Positions 1 through 11,102 of a DNA stretch of 64,000 nucleotides are shown piece by piece; within the stretch, counting starts at the first letter, position 1; the number at the start of each line of letters is the position of its first letter. Below the pieces are notes generated by a model. That model had not been told where the DNA came from, ran no database searches, and saw only the letters and a program-made list of their open reading frames with translations. The stretch comes from Omnitrophica WOR_2 bacterium RIFOXYA2_FULL_38_17 (lineage in GTDB: Bacteria; Omnitrophota; Gorgyraeia; Zapsychrales; Zapsychraceae): the NCBI GenBank assembly GCA_001805965.1, contig MHHG01000012.1, positions 220 to 64,219 of the forward strand, in the 5' to 3' direction. The position numbers and the translations under genes are program-made.

Positions 1-1178
1 ATACACATAGCGAGGCTCAGCATTAATAACAACTCTCATGTGTGGATATTTAGATTTAAACTTATTTGCTATGGATATTTTAACTTTTTGTACCAGTGAA
101 TCATCGACCGTATCATTAAGTGCAATGTCAAAAACAACATTACACTTATCTATTTTCTTTCCAACTATCCTAAGTTCATGAAAACTTTTTACCCTATTAT
201 CATTACTTACTATCTCACTAATCGTTTGGTAAATATTATCATACAAGGGATGTTCTCTATTTACTGGATCAATATGTGCCACTACTACACCTCCAAAAGA
301 TTCAGAAATTGCCTCTTCCACTTCTTCGGATAATATATGCAGCTTATTAACATCTTCTTTGTCTGAAACTTCAAGATGCAATGAAATAATCCTTGTCTGC
401 CCATAACTCTGGTATATGATATCATGAACTCCCAATACCCCTTCATAAGCTTTGGCTATTTTTTCTATTTTCAACAAAATTTCTTTTGATACAGCAGCTC
501 CTAACAGCGGGTCAATTGCTTCTTTACCTGCCAGGTACCCCGAGTACATAATCGCTAGAGAAACGAAAACACCCATAACACCATCTATATAATATAAACC
601 ATGTCTAGAAGCGACCATAGCGATCAAAACAAAAATCGTAGTAACAGCATCACATCTATGATGATAACCATCCACCTTTAATGCTTGTGAATCAATAGCA
701 TCTCCCAAGATAAAAGCAAATCTAGCCAGCAATTCTTTTACAACTAATGTGGCAAATATTATAGCGATAATCAATACAGAGGCGTGTGATGGATCAGGGT
801 TTAATATCCGGTAAAAAGATTTTTGAAAAAATTCAATACCAGCAACAAACAGCAAAACTGACATGATCAAAGCGGAAACAGGCTCCATCCTTCCATGCCC
901 AAAAGGATGTTCTTTGTCAGGTGGCTTTTGAGATAATTTAAATCCGAATAGGACTACAAAAGATGTAAACATATCTGATAAAGTATGGAATGCGTCAGCA
1001 ATCAAGGAAACACTGTTAATTAAAACACCTAATAAAAACTTTATTATGAACAAAATAATGTTAACAACTACACTCACCCATCCTTCAAGGGCACCATATT
1101 TAGATCTAACTGAAGGGTCTTCAACGTTCGAATAATCTTTTATAAATATTTTTAATATTAAACTGGTAATCGCTTTCA
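1..1178 (-). CDS. Cation diffusion facilitator (CDF) family metal efflux transporter, partial: the C-terminus runs off the window start
   Basis: Hand translation of the reverse strand from the ATG at 1176-1178 gives MKAITSLILK... with about 6 TM helices, the CDF motifs HTLSDM and FGHGRMEP, and a C-terminal cytoplasmic domain (VLGVHDI...LHLEV). There is no stop codon before position 1, which is why it is missing from the ORF track. Confidence 0.75.
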
Positions 1179-1198
1179 TTTATATTTAATTTCCTTTT

Positions 1199-1912
1199 TT
1201 AAATTGCGCCTTTTAAATAGGCAATTCTTTTATTTATTGGAAACCTCTCTATTGCATAGCGTAACATAGTCCTAGGCATTATCTTACAATAATCTTTTAA
1301 AAATTTCTCCTCTGAAGACAAATTTCTTTTACCGATTTCTCTAAGCATCCAACCAACTGCCTTATGAATCAGGTCATGTTCATCATTTAATAATTGTTCA
1401 GATATTTTTAAAGCATCCCTAAAAACATTATTTTTTATATAATAAAAAGTTGAGATTATTGCAATCCTTCTTTCCCACAACAAATCTGAACTTGCTAATT
1501 TATAAAGAATATCTTTATCCTTGTTCAACAAATATGCGCCTACTATCCTATGTGCTGACGAATCAACTAAATCCCAATTGTTTATATATTTAGTATTTTG
1601 TATATATAAATTATAAATTTCATCTTTATTGTTCAACTCTTTTTCAAACTTAGCTACAAGAAATAATAAAGCAGCCAATCTTTCTTCGTGTATTGCCGAC
1701 ACAAGAAGAATCCTAACTTCTCTTAAAGAGATGCTAAGATTTCTGTTAACAACTGGTCTTATTTCAGGGACTTTTACTCCTATAAAAATATCACCCGCAG
1801 CATACTCTCCAGGTCCGGTTTTGAAAAATCCCTGCAAAATCTTGGCCTTATCTTTATTGCTAAATACTTTTAATTCTTTACTTATGATTTCAGCGTTAAT
1901 CCTGTCTCTCAA
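1199..1912 (-). CDS. DNA alkylation repair enzyme (AlkC/AlkD-like HEAT-repeat DNA glycosylase)
   Basis: 237 aa, all-helical repeat protein. Motifs FFKTGPGEYAAGDIFIGVKVPEIR, WDLVD and HDLIHKAVGWMLREIG match the AlkD/AlkC family pattern. Confidence 0.55.
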   Translation of the reverse strand: MRDRINAEIISKELKVFSNKDKAKILQGFFKTGPGEYAAGDIFIGVKVPEIRPVVNRNLSISLREVRILLVSAIHEERLAALLFLVAKFEKELNNKDEIYNLYIQNTKYINNWDLVDSSAHRIVGAYLLNKDKDILYKLASSDLLWERRIAIISTFYYIKNNVFRDALKISEQLLNDEHDLIHKAVGWMLREIGKRNLSSEEKFLKDYCKIMPRTMLRYAIERFPINKRIAYLKGAI

Positions 1913-3438
1913 AGTTTTCCTTTTACCCTTATTGCCCTAATTGGCCTGACCGGGCACTTATTTTGGCATATACCACAGCCGACACAAAGGTCCTTGTCCA
2001 CATAAGGCAACTTAATAACTTCACCATTATTCATAGTTACATTTTTTAATTTAATAGTTGTATCTTTTAATTTTATAGCTTTATCTGAAACTGGACAATG
2101 CTCTTCACAAACAATACATTGTTTGCCTTGCGAATGTGGATAGCAGATAGATTCATCAATAATTGCCAATCCCAGCTTCTCTTTTTTCTTTTGCTCCAAT
2201 TTTAATTCTGGTATCGCTTTTGTAGGGCAAACTTCTCCGCACAAAGTACAATTATTTTCACAATACCCAATTTCCGGAACTAGCTGAGGAGTCCATAAAG
2301 CTTCTATCCCGGATTTAAGCAATATAGGGTGCAGGCCACTTGTAATGCATACTTTCATGCAATTACCACACCTGACACAAGTATTTATAAACTTCGCCTC
2401 ATTATTAACTCCCGGAGGCCTTATAACATTTTTATATTCTGTTATATCAATCTTATTTTTTTTATTAACAAATCCTAAGCTCGGTAAAGAAACAAACAAT
2501 ATATATAGAAATTCGCGCCTGCTTATCGTTCCCTTTGATTTAGCAGGATTAAAATGCTGTTTTTTATTGTTGAATTTAAAAGAAGTCCCCTCAACAGGAC
2601 AAACATACACACAATCCATGCAAAGGACACATTCATTTTTCTTATAGCTTATATCTTCTTTAATTGCTTGCATTCTGCACGTATTAAGACATTTCTTACA
2701 ATCGGTACACTTATTTACAACTCTTTGAAAAATTGAAAATCTTGAAAAGATTCCAAACAAAGCGCCTAATGGGCACAGGGCCCTACACCATAATCTAGGT
2801 ATTAACAACGGAAATATCGCTATTGCAAGAAATATTGAAAGTGAGCTTTCGGAATTTTCGAAAAAGTATATTTTTATTCCTAATAAATTCTTGCTTAAAT
2901 ATCTGTAAAAATCATAAAACTCACCGTATAGTTCAAAATTCTTTATTGCAAAAGCAAATGCTTTATCAATGACAAATGTCGATGCTGGTATTAAGTTCAG
3001 CGAAACAAATCTTGCAAAAATCACTATTGGGTCAAGTAGCCAGGCTGCTTGAATTCCCAAAATAGCTAAAAAGGAAACAATAAACAAAATATAGAATTTT
3101 AGCTTTATTATGTTTGCATTCAAGCCAGGACTTAAAACCCACTTATTTTTATTAACAATCCCAATAATATCGTTAATTGTTCCAACAGGACAAATCCATC
3201 CACAAACATATCTTCCGAATATCAATGTAAACGCAACAATAATAATTGAAAAAGAAACACCTTCAATCCATTGTCTTATGCTCAACGAAGTAAAAAACAT
3301 TATTAAAGGGTCCAACCTGAAAAGAAGTTTAGGGGAAATTGCACTATTTAAAGGATAGGTTGTTGACCATATCACATAAATAAATAATCCCAGAAATAAA
3401 AGTTGAAAAAATTTTCTTGCAATAATAAGTTTTTTCAT
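1909..3438 (-). CDS. Membrane-anchored polyferredoxin (NapH/MauN-like, multiple 4Fe-4S clusters)
   Basis: 509 aa with N-terminal TM helices and a CGWICPVGT motif. There are at least 6 CxxCxxCxxxCP ferredoxin motifs (for example CTDCKKCLNTC...CVLCMDCVYVCP, CVRCGNCMKVC, CTLCGEVCP, CIVCEEHCP, CVGCGICQNKCP). It overlaps the AlkD-like gene by 4 nt. Confidence 0.6.
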   Translation of the reverse strand: MKKLIIARKFFQLLFLGLFIYVIWSTTYPLNSAISPKLLFRLDPLIMFFTSLSIRQWIEGVSFSIIIVAFTLIFGRYVCGWICPVGTINDIIGIVNKNKWVLSPGLNANIIKLKFYILFIVSFLAILGIQAAWLLDPIVIFARFVSLNLIPASTFVIDKAFAFAIKNFELYGEFYDFYRYLSKNLLGIKIYFFENSESSLSIFLAIAIFPLLIPRLWCRALCPLGALFGIFSRFSIFQRVVNKCTDCKKCLNTCRMQAIKEDISYKKNECVLCMDCVYVCPVEGTSFKFNNKKQHFNPAKSKGTISRREFLYILFVSLPSLGFVNKKNKIDITEYKNVIRPPGVNNEAKFINTCVRCGNCMKVCITSGLHPILLKSGIEALWTPQLVPEIGYCENNCTLCGEVCPTKAIPELKLEQKKKEKLGLAIIDESICYPHSQGKQCIVCEEHCPVSDKAIKLKDTTIKLKNVTMNNGEVIKLPYVDKDLCVGCGICQNKCPVRPIRAIRVKGKL

Positions 3439-3447
3439 AGGAAGTTA

Positions 3448-4461
3448 TTATATGGTCAATTCTTTGATATCAGATTTTTCAAGATTTGATTTCCCAAATT
3501 TTCTTTCAAAAGCCTCTTTAAGGTAAGGCACTGACATCGGGTCTTTTTTCATTAATTTACAAGCATAGGTGTCTGCCAAAGTCGGATCAGTTGAAGCAAT
3601 AACTGTATCCAAATTTATCACATCCTTAAGGCTGCCTCCGCTTGGCCCATTTTTTGTAAGCACTCTTGTGGCATCAATAACAGTAAGGTCGGGGTTTATA
3701 AAATCAGTAAGATCGACAAGCTTTTTTGCAATATCAATATGAATAAGCCCCCTTGTTCCGCTGCATACACCCATCAAATTTTTCATTGATAAAGTAAGCC
3801 CTGTTAACCCGTGATGTTTTAATACAGGGACATTAATAAAGGTATCACAGACTACAGCATCGCGTACTATAGGCCAATCCTCCATAGCGCTTTTATAAGG
3901 GAATTTAGCCTTAAGCACATTCCAATGATCTGCAAAATATACTTTTGCGCCTTTTTCCTCTGCTGCTTTTTGAATACCGCTGTTTTCATATACACGCCTA
4001 TCATCGTTACATGGTATATCAAAAACATTGACCCTTTTAGCCCCAGCTTTGTAGCAAAGTTCAACAATAGTTGCAACTACTTGCGGGTCAGTATTGGCAG
4101 CTTGTTCAGGGCTTCTATCCCAAGCCATATTAGGCTTTACAAGGACAACATCACCTTTCTTAACAAATTTCTCAATGCCGCCTAGCAGCTCTATTGCTTT
4201 CTCAACATTTTTCCCTGAATTTAAGCCCTTTACGGCAACAAGGTCATGCGCACAATCAATACTCTTTTTGACTCTTGGCATAGCATCTGAATTTTTGGCA
4301 AATGCAAATTTAAGGAACTGGTTTTCTGAAAGAAAATAAACCAGTCCTCCAATAAGGATTTTCATGAACTCCCTTCTTGAAACTGACATTTTTAAATATG
4401 CTTCAAGTTTATATAACAATTTATTCATCTTATACTCACTTTCCATGGCCACTTGACGCAA
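3448..4461 (-). CDS. DUF362-family protein with twin-arginine (Tat) signal peptide
   Basis: 337 aa with a Tat motif SRREFMKIL near the N-terminus. The body (VLVKPNMAW..., LKHHGLTGLTLSMKNLMG, KNGPSGGS) resembles DUF362 proteins, which commonly neighbour ferredoxins. The true start may be M12 (MNKLLY...). Confidence 0.5.
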   Translation of the reverse strand: MRQVAMESEYKMNKLLYKLEAYLKMSVSRREFMKILIGGLVYFLSENQFLKFAFAKNSDAMPRVKKSIDCAHDLVAVKGLNSGKNVEKAIELLGGIEKFVKKGDVVLVKPNMAWDRSPEQAANTDPQVVATIVELCYKAGAKRVNVFDIPCNDDRRVYENSGIQKAAEEKGAKVYFADHWNVLKAKFPYKSAMEDWPIVRDAVVCDTFINVPVLKHHGLTGLTLSMKNLMGVCSGTRGLIHIDIAKKLVDLTDFINPDLTVIDATRVLTKNGPSGGSLKDVINLDTVIASTDPTLADTYACKLMKKDPMSVPYLKEAFERKFGKSNLEKSDIKELTI

Positions 4462-4832
4462 GATTTAATTTCAGGAAACACTGTATAATCAGCATTGCCA
4501 ATTAATGCCATTGTTTTAACATCAAAATCTTTCAACTCATTTTTTGCTGCAAGCATTGTTTTACCTGACACAACAGCATCATCAACCAACAAAATTTTTT
4601 TAAATTCATTGGGTAAATTAAAGGGCATCAGGAGTTTTGGTTCTTTAAATCTTGGTGAATTGCTACTATCCCTATAATTTATATGGATTGAGCTCAGTGA
4701 TAAGTTGAGATTATAAGCAACTATGCTTGCAGGAACCAATCCCCCTTGTCCAATAGCCACAACATGATCTACATCAGCAATATTTAAATCCGTCAATCCT
4801 TTTAAAACTTCTTTAAAACTCAATTCAATCAT
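4425..4832 (-). CDS. Phosphoribosyltransferase-domain protein
   Basis: 135 aa with the PRTase PRPP-binding motif ILLVDDAVVSGKTM. Confidence 0.5.
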   Translation of the reverse strand: MIELSFKEVLKGLTDLNIADVDHVVAIGQGGLVPASIVAYNLNLSLSSIHINYRDSSNSPRFKEPKLLMPFNLPNEFKKILLVDDAVVSGKTMLAAKNELKDFDVKTMALIGNADYTVFPEIKSCVKWPWKVSIR

Positions 4833-5371
4833 TTATTCAATCTTTCTGTTATGTTTTTTGAAAACAAGCCAATGATTAAAAGCACGAAAATCCCAGGCAA
4901 AGCCAAAGTTAATTCTGAAAACATATTACTTAATTCAAAGCGCTCCGACAGAAAATATATGATTAAATATGAAAACACTTTTGCAAAAACGAATGCAATA
5001 AATCCAACAAACCTGCAATATCTTTTTGAATGAAAAATAATTTGAGCAAAAACAGCGAAAACAATTAATTCGAAGGATAATTTTGATGCGATTTCCAGCC
5101 GAGGCATTCCTGTAAAAAACGTATTAATCCAAGGAGAGATAATACAAGACGTAATTGCCACGTGTCTCTTATAAACTATTGAAGAAAAAAGGGGCGCATA
5201 GAATATTGGTAACCATACTGCCCCAATAGGGTAAGGCCCCCTGCTTGGAATCATATGAAAAAGAATTGGAATTACAAGCATTGCAAAAAAAGTAAGAAGG
5301 ATCTTGTCAGCCTGAACACTAGCTAAGGACTCAATAACATTTATTTTTGTCTTGAACATAACTAACCTCAA
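4829..5371 (-). CDS. Hypothetical integral membrane protein (about 5 TM helices)
   Basis: 180 aa and hydrophobic throughout. Its start overlaps the PRTase stop by 4 nt. No diagnostic motif recognised. Confidence 0.35.
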   Translation of the reverse strand: MRLVMFKTKINVIESLASVQADKILLTFFAMLVIPILFHMIPSRGPYPIGAVWLPIFYAPLFSSIVYKRHVAITSCIISPWINTFFTGMPRLEIASKLSFELIVFAVFAQIIFHSKRYCRFVGFIAFVFAKVFSYLIIYFLSERFELSNMFSELTLALPGIFVLLIIGLFSKNITERLNK

Positions 5372-5469
5372 TTTTTATTAGTCTAAACTTTAATAAAAAA
5401 GGGGATACCTCTTTAGGCACCCCCTTTTGAAAAAGAAAAATAATTTTCAATTTTCCGAAAATTAGTTAT

Positions 5470-5766
5470 TTACCAGCTAAAAATCATAGCTAAAACAAGC
5501 ATCATAACAACAAAAAAAGTAATTCCACGTACCCATACAGGGGCTCTTGGCATTGTATCAACTTCACTACCTGCTTCCAAATCAGCTACTAGATTAATTT
5601 GTCTTCCAATTGTATAAAAGGCAAATGCGGCTAGCAATAACATCAAAGCTTCTGTTCCAACATCAAACCTAAGCACATACAAGACCGATACTGACATAAA
5701 AGTAAAAGTGTAAATGTATGTATTCACCTTAACTTTGTTTAGAAAGCCTTTTGTTACATCATTCAT
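5470..5766 (-). CDS. Small hypothetical membrane protein
   Basis: 98 aa with two to three predicted TM segments. It lies downstream of hypE on the same strand. Confidence 0.3.
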   Translation of the reverse strand: MNDVTKGFLNKVKVNTYIYTFTFMSVSVLYVLRFDVGTEALMLLLAAFAFYTIGRQINLVADLEAGSEVDTMPRAPVWVRGITFFVVMMLVLAMIFSW

Positions 5767-5902
5767 TATAATTCCTCCTATATCTGATTATTAGAGCATC
5801 TAAATAATAACAAAATCAGTATATCACAAATATATTAAGAGCAAACACAATAATGTTTTAATTATAATTAAGGATTTTTTGTTATTTGATAAATAATATA
5901 TA

Positions 5903-6961
5903 TTAGCAAATTCTAGGAAGCTGTTCTCCGGAAAGCATATCAACGACACGCATTGTGCCTATACAGCTACGCATTGTAACCAATCCGTGATTTTTAGATG
6001 AAACATAACCAATACACTTTGCATCCATACCCAGGCCATGTGAGTGAAAAATATTTAATGCTTTGTCAACATGATCATGTTTTACAAAAACAATAAATCT
6101 TCCTTCATTAGCAACGTACATAGGATCAAATCCCAGGATCTCGCAAGCGCCACGAACATCTTCTCTGACGGGTATGTTATTCTCATCAATGGTAATTTGC
6201 AGTTTGGAAGTTTTTGCAATTTCAACTAATGCAGATGCTAATCCGCCTCTTGTTAGATCGCGCATGCAATGTATTTCAATGTTTGAATCAATTAGCTTAG
6301 AAACAAGTTCATTTAGAGGCGCAGAATCACTTTCTATAACAGTATTAAACTCCAAGCCCTCTCTCACAGCCATAATAGCAATGCCATGTCTGCCAATATC
6401 CCCACTTAATATTATCGCATCTCCATCAACAACAGAAAATGGCTCAATACATAACTTATGTTTTATAAGACCTATGCCAGTAGTGTTTATAAATATGCCG
6501 TCTCCTTTTCCCTTATCAACAACTTTGGTATCGCCAGTAACAATATCAACACCTGCTTTATTTGCAGCGAATTGCATTGATTTAACAATTTTTATCAGCT
6601 TATCCATCTCAAGGCCTTCCTCAAGAATAAATCCTACAGATATAGCAACTGGAACTGCTCCGGACATAGCCAGATCATTAACTGTTCCGTATATTGCCAT
6701 TGAGCCAATATCTCCTCCCGGGAAAAACAGCGGTTCAACGACATAAGAATCCGTTGTCATTGCAATCCTAGATGAATCAATATCAAGGACAGCTGAATCG
6801 TGTGATTTATGCAATTCTTTATTATTAAACTCTTTTTTAAAAACGCCTTCAATAAGCTTATTCATCAGGGTCCCTCCGCTGCCATGCGCTAAAAGGACAT
6901 TAGGATAATCATTTATTGAGATAGGACAACTGGCATTAAAATCTCTATTTTTAGGCATCAA
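5903..6961 (-). CDS. hypE: Hydrogenase maturation protein HypE (carbamoyl dehydratase)
   Basis: 352 aa with an AIR-synthase/PurM-like fold and the diagnostic C-terminal ...GEQLPRIC motif of HypE. Confidence 0.9.
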   Translation of the reverse strand: MMPKNRDFNASCPISINDYPNVLLAHGSGGTLMNKLIEGVFKKEFNNKELHKSHDSAVLDIDSSRIAMTTDSYVVEPLFFPGGDIGSMAIYGTVNDLAMSGAVPVAISVGFILEEGLEMDKLIKIVKSMQFAANKAGVDIVTGDTKVVDKGKGDGIFINTTGIGLIKHKLCIEPFSVVDGDAIILSGDIGRHGIAIMAVREGLEFNTVIESDSAPLNELVSKLIDSNIEIHCMRDLTRGGLASALVEIAKTSKLQITIDENNIPVREDVRGACEILGFDPMYVANEGRFIVFVKHDHVDKALNIFHSHGLGMDAKCIGYVSSKNHGLVTMRSCIGTMRVVDMLSGEQLPRIC

Positions 6962-8061
6962 ATTTTTGCTCCAAATGGATTCTTTCTATATCTAAAATAT
7001 GCATTACAAGCACCTTCTGAAGAGACCATTGGCGCCCCCAATGGGTGCTCCGGTTTACATTGCCTATCAAATTCACTGCATTCATGCGGGTTTTTAATAC
7101 CCTGCAATACCATTCCCGCAATACATTCAGTCGGCTCTTGAACATTAATATTTTCAAGCTTAAATATTTTCTCCGCATCAAAGCGCTCGTAAGACTTTTG
7201 AAGGCCTAATCCGCTGTAAGGTATTTCACCAATACCTCTCCATTTTCTTGGCACAACACAAAACACTTTATCAACAATTTTCTGAGCATTCAAATTACCA
7301 CTCCTGGTAACAACTCTTGAATATTCATTTTGAACCAAGAAAGTCCCTCGCTCAAGCTGTTCAACACACAATTGAATTCCTCTTAAAATATCAACAGGTT
7401 CAAAACCTGTAACCACTATTGGAACTTTATATTTTTCTGCAATTAACTCATATTGTTTATACCCCATAATCGTACAAACATGTCCTGCCGCCAAAAATCC
7501 CTGTACCTGATTTTGTTTCGAAGAAAGAACTGCCTCCATTGCCGGAGGCACTAAAACATGTGATACAAGAACAGAAAAATTCGACACCCCTTGCTTATCT
7601 GCTTGATATACTGCCATAGCATTTGCAGGTGCCGTAGTTTCAAAACCCACTGCAAAAAAGACGACCTTTCTATCGGGTTGTTTTTTTGCCAGCTCTAATG
7701 CATCCATCGGGGAATAAACGATTCGCACATCGCCACCTTCAGCTTTAACTGACAAAAGATCTTTGTTTTTACCGGGAACCCTAAGCATGTCTCCAAAAGA
7801 ACAAAAGATAACATCTTTCTTTGAGGCGATAATAACTGCTTGCTCTATTGCTTCAAGAGGAGTAACACAAACAGGACATCCCGGGCCATGTATAAGTGTT
7901 ACATTCTTTGGAAGCAGTTCGTCTAGGCCAAATTTTATAATAGAGTGAGTTTGTCCGCCACAGATCTCCATTATCTTCCATGGACGAGTCGTAGCTCTCC
8001 GAATTGACCCAGCTATCTTATGAGCAACTTCTGCATCACGATATTCATCAATAAACCTCAT
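6958..8061 (-). CDS. hypD: Hydrogenase maturation protein HypD
   Basis: 367 aa with the HypD signature motifs [16 protein letters not shown] and GFETTAP. Confidence 0.9.
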   Translation of the reverse strand: MRFIDEYRDAEVAHKIAGSIRRATTRPWKIMEICGGQTHSIIKFGLDELLPKNVTLIHGPGCPVCVTPLEAIEQAVIIASKKDVIFCSFGDMLRVPGKNKDLLSVKAEGGDVRIVYSPMDALELAKKQPDRKVVFFAVGFETTAPANAMAVYQADKQGVSNFSVLVSHVLVPPAMEAVLSSKQNQVQGFLAAGHVCTIMGYKQYELIAEKYKVPIVVTGFEPVDILRGIQLCVEQLERGTFLVQNEYSRVVTRSGNLNAQKIVDKVFCVVPRKWRGIGEIPYSGLGLQKSYERFDAEKIFKLENINVQEPTECIAGMVLQGIKNPHECSEFDRQCKPEHPLGAPMVSSEGACNAYFRYRKNPFGAKI

Positions 8062-8321
8062 TAAAGCTCATCTCCTCCCCACTCTTCATCAGCAAATCCC
8101 TCGATCAGCTTGATATCTTCAAGTAACTTTTCTGCTTCTGCCTCATCAATTATATTTAAAGCAAACCCCACATGCGCAATGACATAATCATTGACTTTAG
8201 CGTCCGGAACATAGGAAAGATTTATATCCTTGATCACTCCGCCGAAATTAACTTTGCCAATTTTATTTAATGGATCAACTCCAATAATTTCTTCAATTTT
8301 GCCTGGAGCAGCTAAACACAT
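8061..8321 (-). CDS. hypC: Hydrogenase assembly chaperone HypC
   Basis: 86 aa beginning with MCLAAPGKI, the conserved HypC N-terminus with Cys2. It overlaps hypD by 1 nt. Confidence 0.85.
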   Translation of the reverse strand: MCLAAPGKIEEIIGVDPLNKIGKVNFGGVIKDINLSYVPDAKVNDYVIAHVGFALNIIDEAEAEKLLEDIKLIEGFADEEWGGDEL

Positions 8322-8376
8322 ATTGTTTCCTCATATTAATTAAAATAATAAAAATATTATATCACGGCAGATTTGT

Positions 8377-10635
8377 TTATTTTTCCCTTTTAGCTGCTAG
8401 AACTTGGCCTAAAGATATGCCCCCATCATTTGGAGGCACCCTTTGATGCCAGTAAACTTTAAAATTCTCCGTAGTCAATCTATCAATTGCTCTCTCCGTA
8501 AGATACTTGTTCTGGAAACAGCCACCTGACAATGCAACTTTGTCAATATTTACAGTCTTTGCAATATCAACTATGATTTCCACTAAAGTGTTATGGAATT
8601 TTAAAGATATCATTCCGGTAGCACAGCCTTCTTCTAAATCACTTATCAGTGATTCCAAAAACTTATTATATTTTATAATAAGAACATTGTCATTATCATG
8701 AAGCTCATAAGGATAAAACTCATCCGTTTTATATCCTTGCGCAGCGAATTCAAGTTGCATTGCAGCTTGACCTTCATATTTTGAATTATGGCATAAGCCA
8801 ATCATTGAGGAAACAGCGTCAAACAATCTTCCTACGCTTGAAGTGTTAGAGGTATTAATAATATTTTCTAGCATCTGGCAGATATTTTTTAATTCAACAG
8901 GCTCAAAAGAATTAAAAGTTTTAACACTTTTTTTATCAAACATTTTGTCGCCAAAGACCTTATACAAAAGCCCTAAAGCCGACCTTCTGGCTTCTTTAAT
9001 TGCAATCTCACCTCCAGGCAAACTGAATGGATCAAAATATGCGACCCTATCAAACGAATTGTCATTTATTATCAAAAACTCCCCACCCCACAAGGTTCCA
9101 TCATCACCAAGCCCAGCTCCATCCCAGCTTATTCCCAGCACGGGTGAGCTAATTTGATTATCTGCCATACAAGAAAGAATATGGGCATAATGATGTTGCA
9201 CAGAAATTTTCGGCAGCTCTAATCCTTCAGCAAATTTAGATGATACATAATCTGGATGCTTGTCAAACGCAACAACTTCTGGTTTTTCTTCATAAATACC
9301 AATAAAGTCATCAATGGTTTTCCCGAAAGCTTCATTTGATTTTTGACTTCCAAGATCACCGATATGCTGACTAATAAAAACATTTGATCCGTGTGAAACA
9401 GAAACTGTATTCTTCAGATGCGACCCTAAAGCAATAACTGATGTTTTTCCATCTTCAATAAATATTGGCAAAGGCGCATAGCCACGGGCTCGGCGTAAAA
9501 TCTGCTCTTTTCCTTTAATTTCACGAACAATAGAATCATCCACATGCCTTGCTATTGGTCTATCATGAATAAGAAAATAATCAGCTACATTTCCAAGGTC
9601 TTCAATCGCTTCCCACTCATCAATGCATATAGGGTCTTCTGACAGGTTTCCACTGGTAGCTACTACAGGTATTTTTAGATTCTGCATTAAAATAAAATGC
9701 AATGGCGTATAAGGCAACATTACGCCAAGATATGGATTCCCAGGAGCAATATTTGCAGCAACAGGATGCCCCTTTTTCATAAGCAAAACGATCGGAGACT
9801 GTGCAGAGCATAGTATTTGTTCTTCAACTTGCGAAACACTGCAAGCTTTTTTTACTTCATCAATATCATAATACATAACAGCAAATGGCTTAGCTTCCCT
9901 GTTTTTCCTCACCCTTAAGCGCTCAACCGCCACTGCATCTCTAGCATCTGTCATAAGCTGAAACCCTCCCAAGCCTTTTATAGCAACGATATTTCCCTCT
10001 TTAATAAGGGAAGCTGCCATTTTGATAGCAGTAACTGTTTTGCCTATTATCTCCCCTTTATTATCGCATAGTTCTATAGATGGGCCACAAACGGGACAAG
10101 CATTTGGCTGCGCATGAAAACGTCTGTTATCCGGATCATTATATTCCTTATCACAGTCATCGCACATCACAAAAGCGCTCATTGTAGTATTCTTTCTGTC
10201 ATAGGGCAAAGTTTTAATAATACTGTAGCGAGGGCCACAATGTGTACAATTCGTAAATGGGTACTTATAGCGCCTATTAGCTGTATCTTGAATTTCTTTC
10301 TTACACTCCTCACACATTGCAATGTCTGGCATGATAAGAGCTGTCTTCTCCCCGATGATACTTTCTTTAATTTCAAAAGATTTATAACCAACCACTTCAA
10401 GGAATATCAACTCTAAAGACTGAACATTTGAGTGAACTGGATTCTCTTTATCGATCCTATAAATGAAATCCTCAATATCATTTTTTTCGCCTTCTGCTTC
10501 AATTACAACACCTTCAGAAGTGTTACAAACCCATCCATTAAGGCCACAGTCTTTGGCCATATTGTGGATATAAGGCCTAAAGCCTACACCTTGTACAGTT
10601 CCCTTGACCTTTAAATGAACTCTTAAAGTAGTCAT
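8377..10635 (-). CDS. hypF: Carbamoyltransferase HypF
   Basis: 752 aa with an N-terminal acylphosphatase domain (VQGVGFRPY), two CxxC-x18-CxxC zinc fingers, a YrdC-like domain and a Kae1-like C-terminal domain. Confidence 0.9.
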   Translation of the reverse strand: MTTLRVHLKVKGTVQGVGFRPYIHNMAKDCGLNGWVCNTSEGVVIEAEGEKNDIEDFIYRIDKENPVHSNVQSLELIFLEVVGYKSFEIKESIIGEKTALIMPDIAMCEECKKEIQDTANRRYKYPFTNCTHCGPRYSIIKTLPYDRKNTTMSAFVMCDDCDKEYNDPDNRRFHAQPNACPVCGPSIELCDNKGEIIGKTVTAIKMAASLIKEGNIVAIKGLGGFQLMTDARDAVAVERLRVRKNREAKPFAVMYYDIDEVKKACSVSQVEEQILCSAQSPIVLLMKKGHPVAANIAPGNPYLGVMLPYTPLHFILMQNLKIPVVATSGNLSEDPICIDEWEAIEDLGNVADYFLIHDRPIARHVDDSIVREIKGKEQILRRARGYAPLPIFIEDGKTSVIALGSHLKNTVSVSHGSNVFISQHIGDLGSQKSNEAFGKTIDDFIGIYEEKPEVVAFDKHPDYVSSKFAEGLELPKISVQHHYAHILSCMADNQISSPVLGISWDGAGLGDDGTLWGGEFLIINDNSFDRVAYFDPFSLPGGEIAIKEARRSALGLLYKVFGDKMFDKKSVKTFNSFEPVELKNICQMLENIINTSNTSSVGRLFDAVSSMIGLCHNSKYEGQAAMQLEFAAQGYKTDEFYPYELHDNDNVLIIKYNKFLESLISDLEEGCATGMISLKFHNTLVEIIVDIAKTVNIDKVALSGGCFQNKYLTERAIDRLTTENFKVYWHQRVPPNDGGISLGQVLAAKREK

Positions 10636-11102
10636 TAATTAATTTCTTTAAAATTATTTGTCGTTAATGTTTGTTCCAAAAATATAACAGCATCCTTTAA
10701 ATTATTTTTTGCTTTCTCGGATAAATATTGTCCAAATTCGTTAAAATCATATCCTCTGATCCCTAAAATATACCCCTGGGTTTTTGTTTTAAATAATTCA
10801 TGTGCCAGGCCTAAAACATTATCAGGTTCAATGCTATGAGTAGAAAAAGTCAATGAAGCTTTAGGAGTTAATTTCTGGAAGGAGAACGGTTCTGTTCCGT
10901 TTATAGAGGCATCGGCAAAGATCACAATATCATTCTCTGCTACTGAAGCTGCATCTTCTACAGATAGCTGATAATTAGAATCAATAGTTAATCCAGGGAA
11001 GCTCTTTTCTTCGAAGATCTCAGCCAATGCTGGACCTAAACCATCATCGAGCCGCCCTGGATTACCAAAACCAATAAGCAGGACTTTTCCTACAGAGGTC
11101 AT
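10635..11102 (-). CDS. hoxW: [NiFe]-hydrogenase maturation endopeptidase (HoxW/HycI/HyaD family)
   Basis: 155 aa with the N-terminal motif LLIGFGNPGRLDDGLGP typical of hydrogenase C-terminal processing proteases. It overlaps hoxH and hypF by 1 nt each. Confidence 0.8.
   Translation of the reverse strand: MTSVGKVLLIGFGNPGRLDDGLGPALAEIFEEKSFPGLTIDSNYQLSVEDAASVAENDIVIFADASINGTEPFSFQKLTPKASLTFSTHSIEPDNVLGLAHELFKTKTQGYILGIRGYDFNEFGQYLSEKAKNNLKDAVIFLEQTLTTNNFKEIN

Noticed and set aside
6174-6746. 190-aa plus-strand ORF antisense to hypE. Similar antisense ORFs occur at 14795-15289 within hoxF, 8843-9157 and 10114-10416 within hypF, 44382-44864 within an rSAM gene, and 51122-51475.
   Set aside because: All lie entirely within strongly supported minus-strand genes. 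Their translations are low-complexity (Ser/Pro/Ile-rich) with no motifs, which is typical of spurious antisense ORFs in AT-rich DNA.
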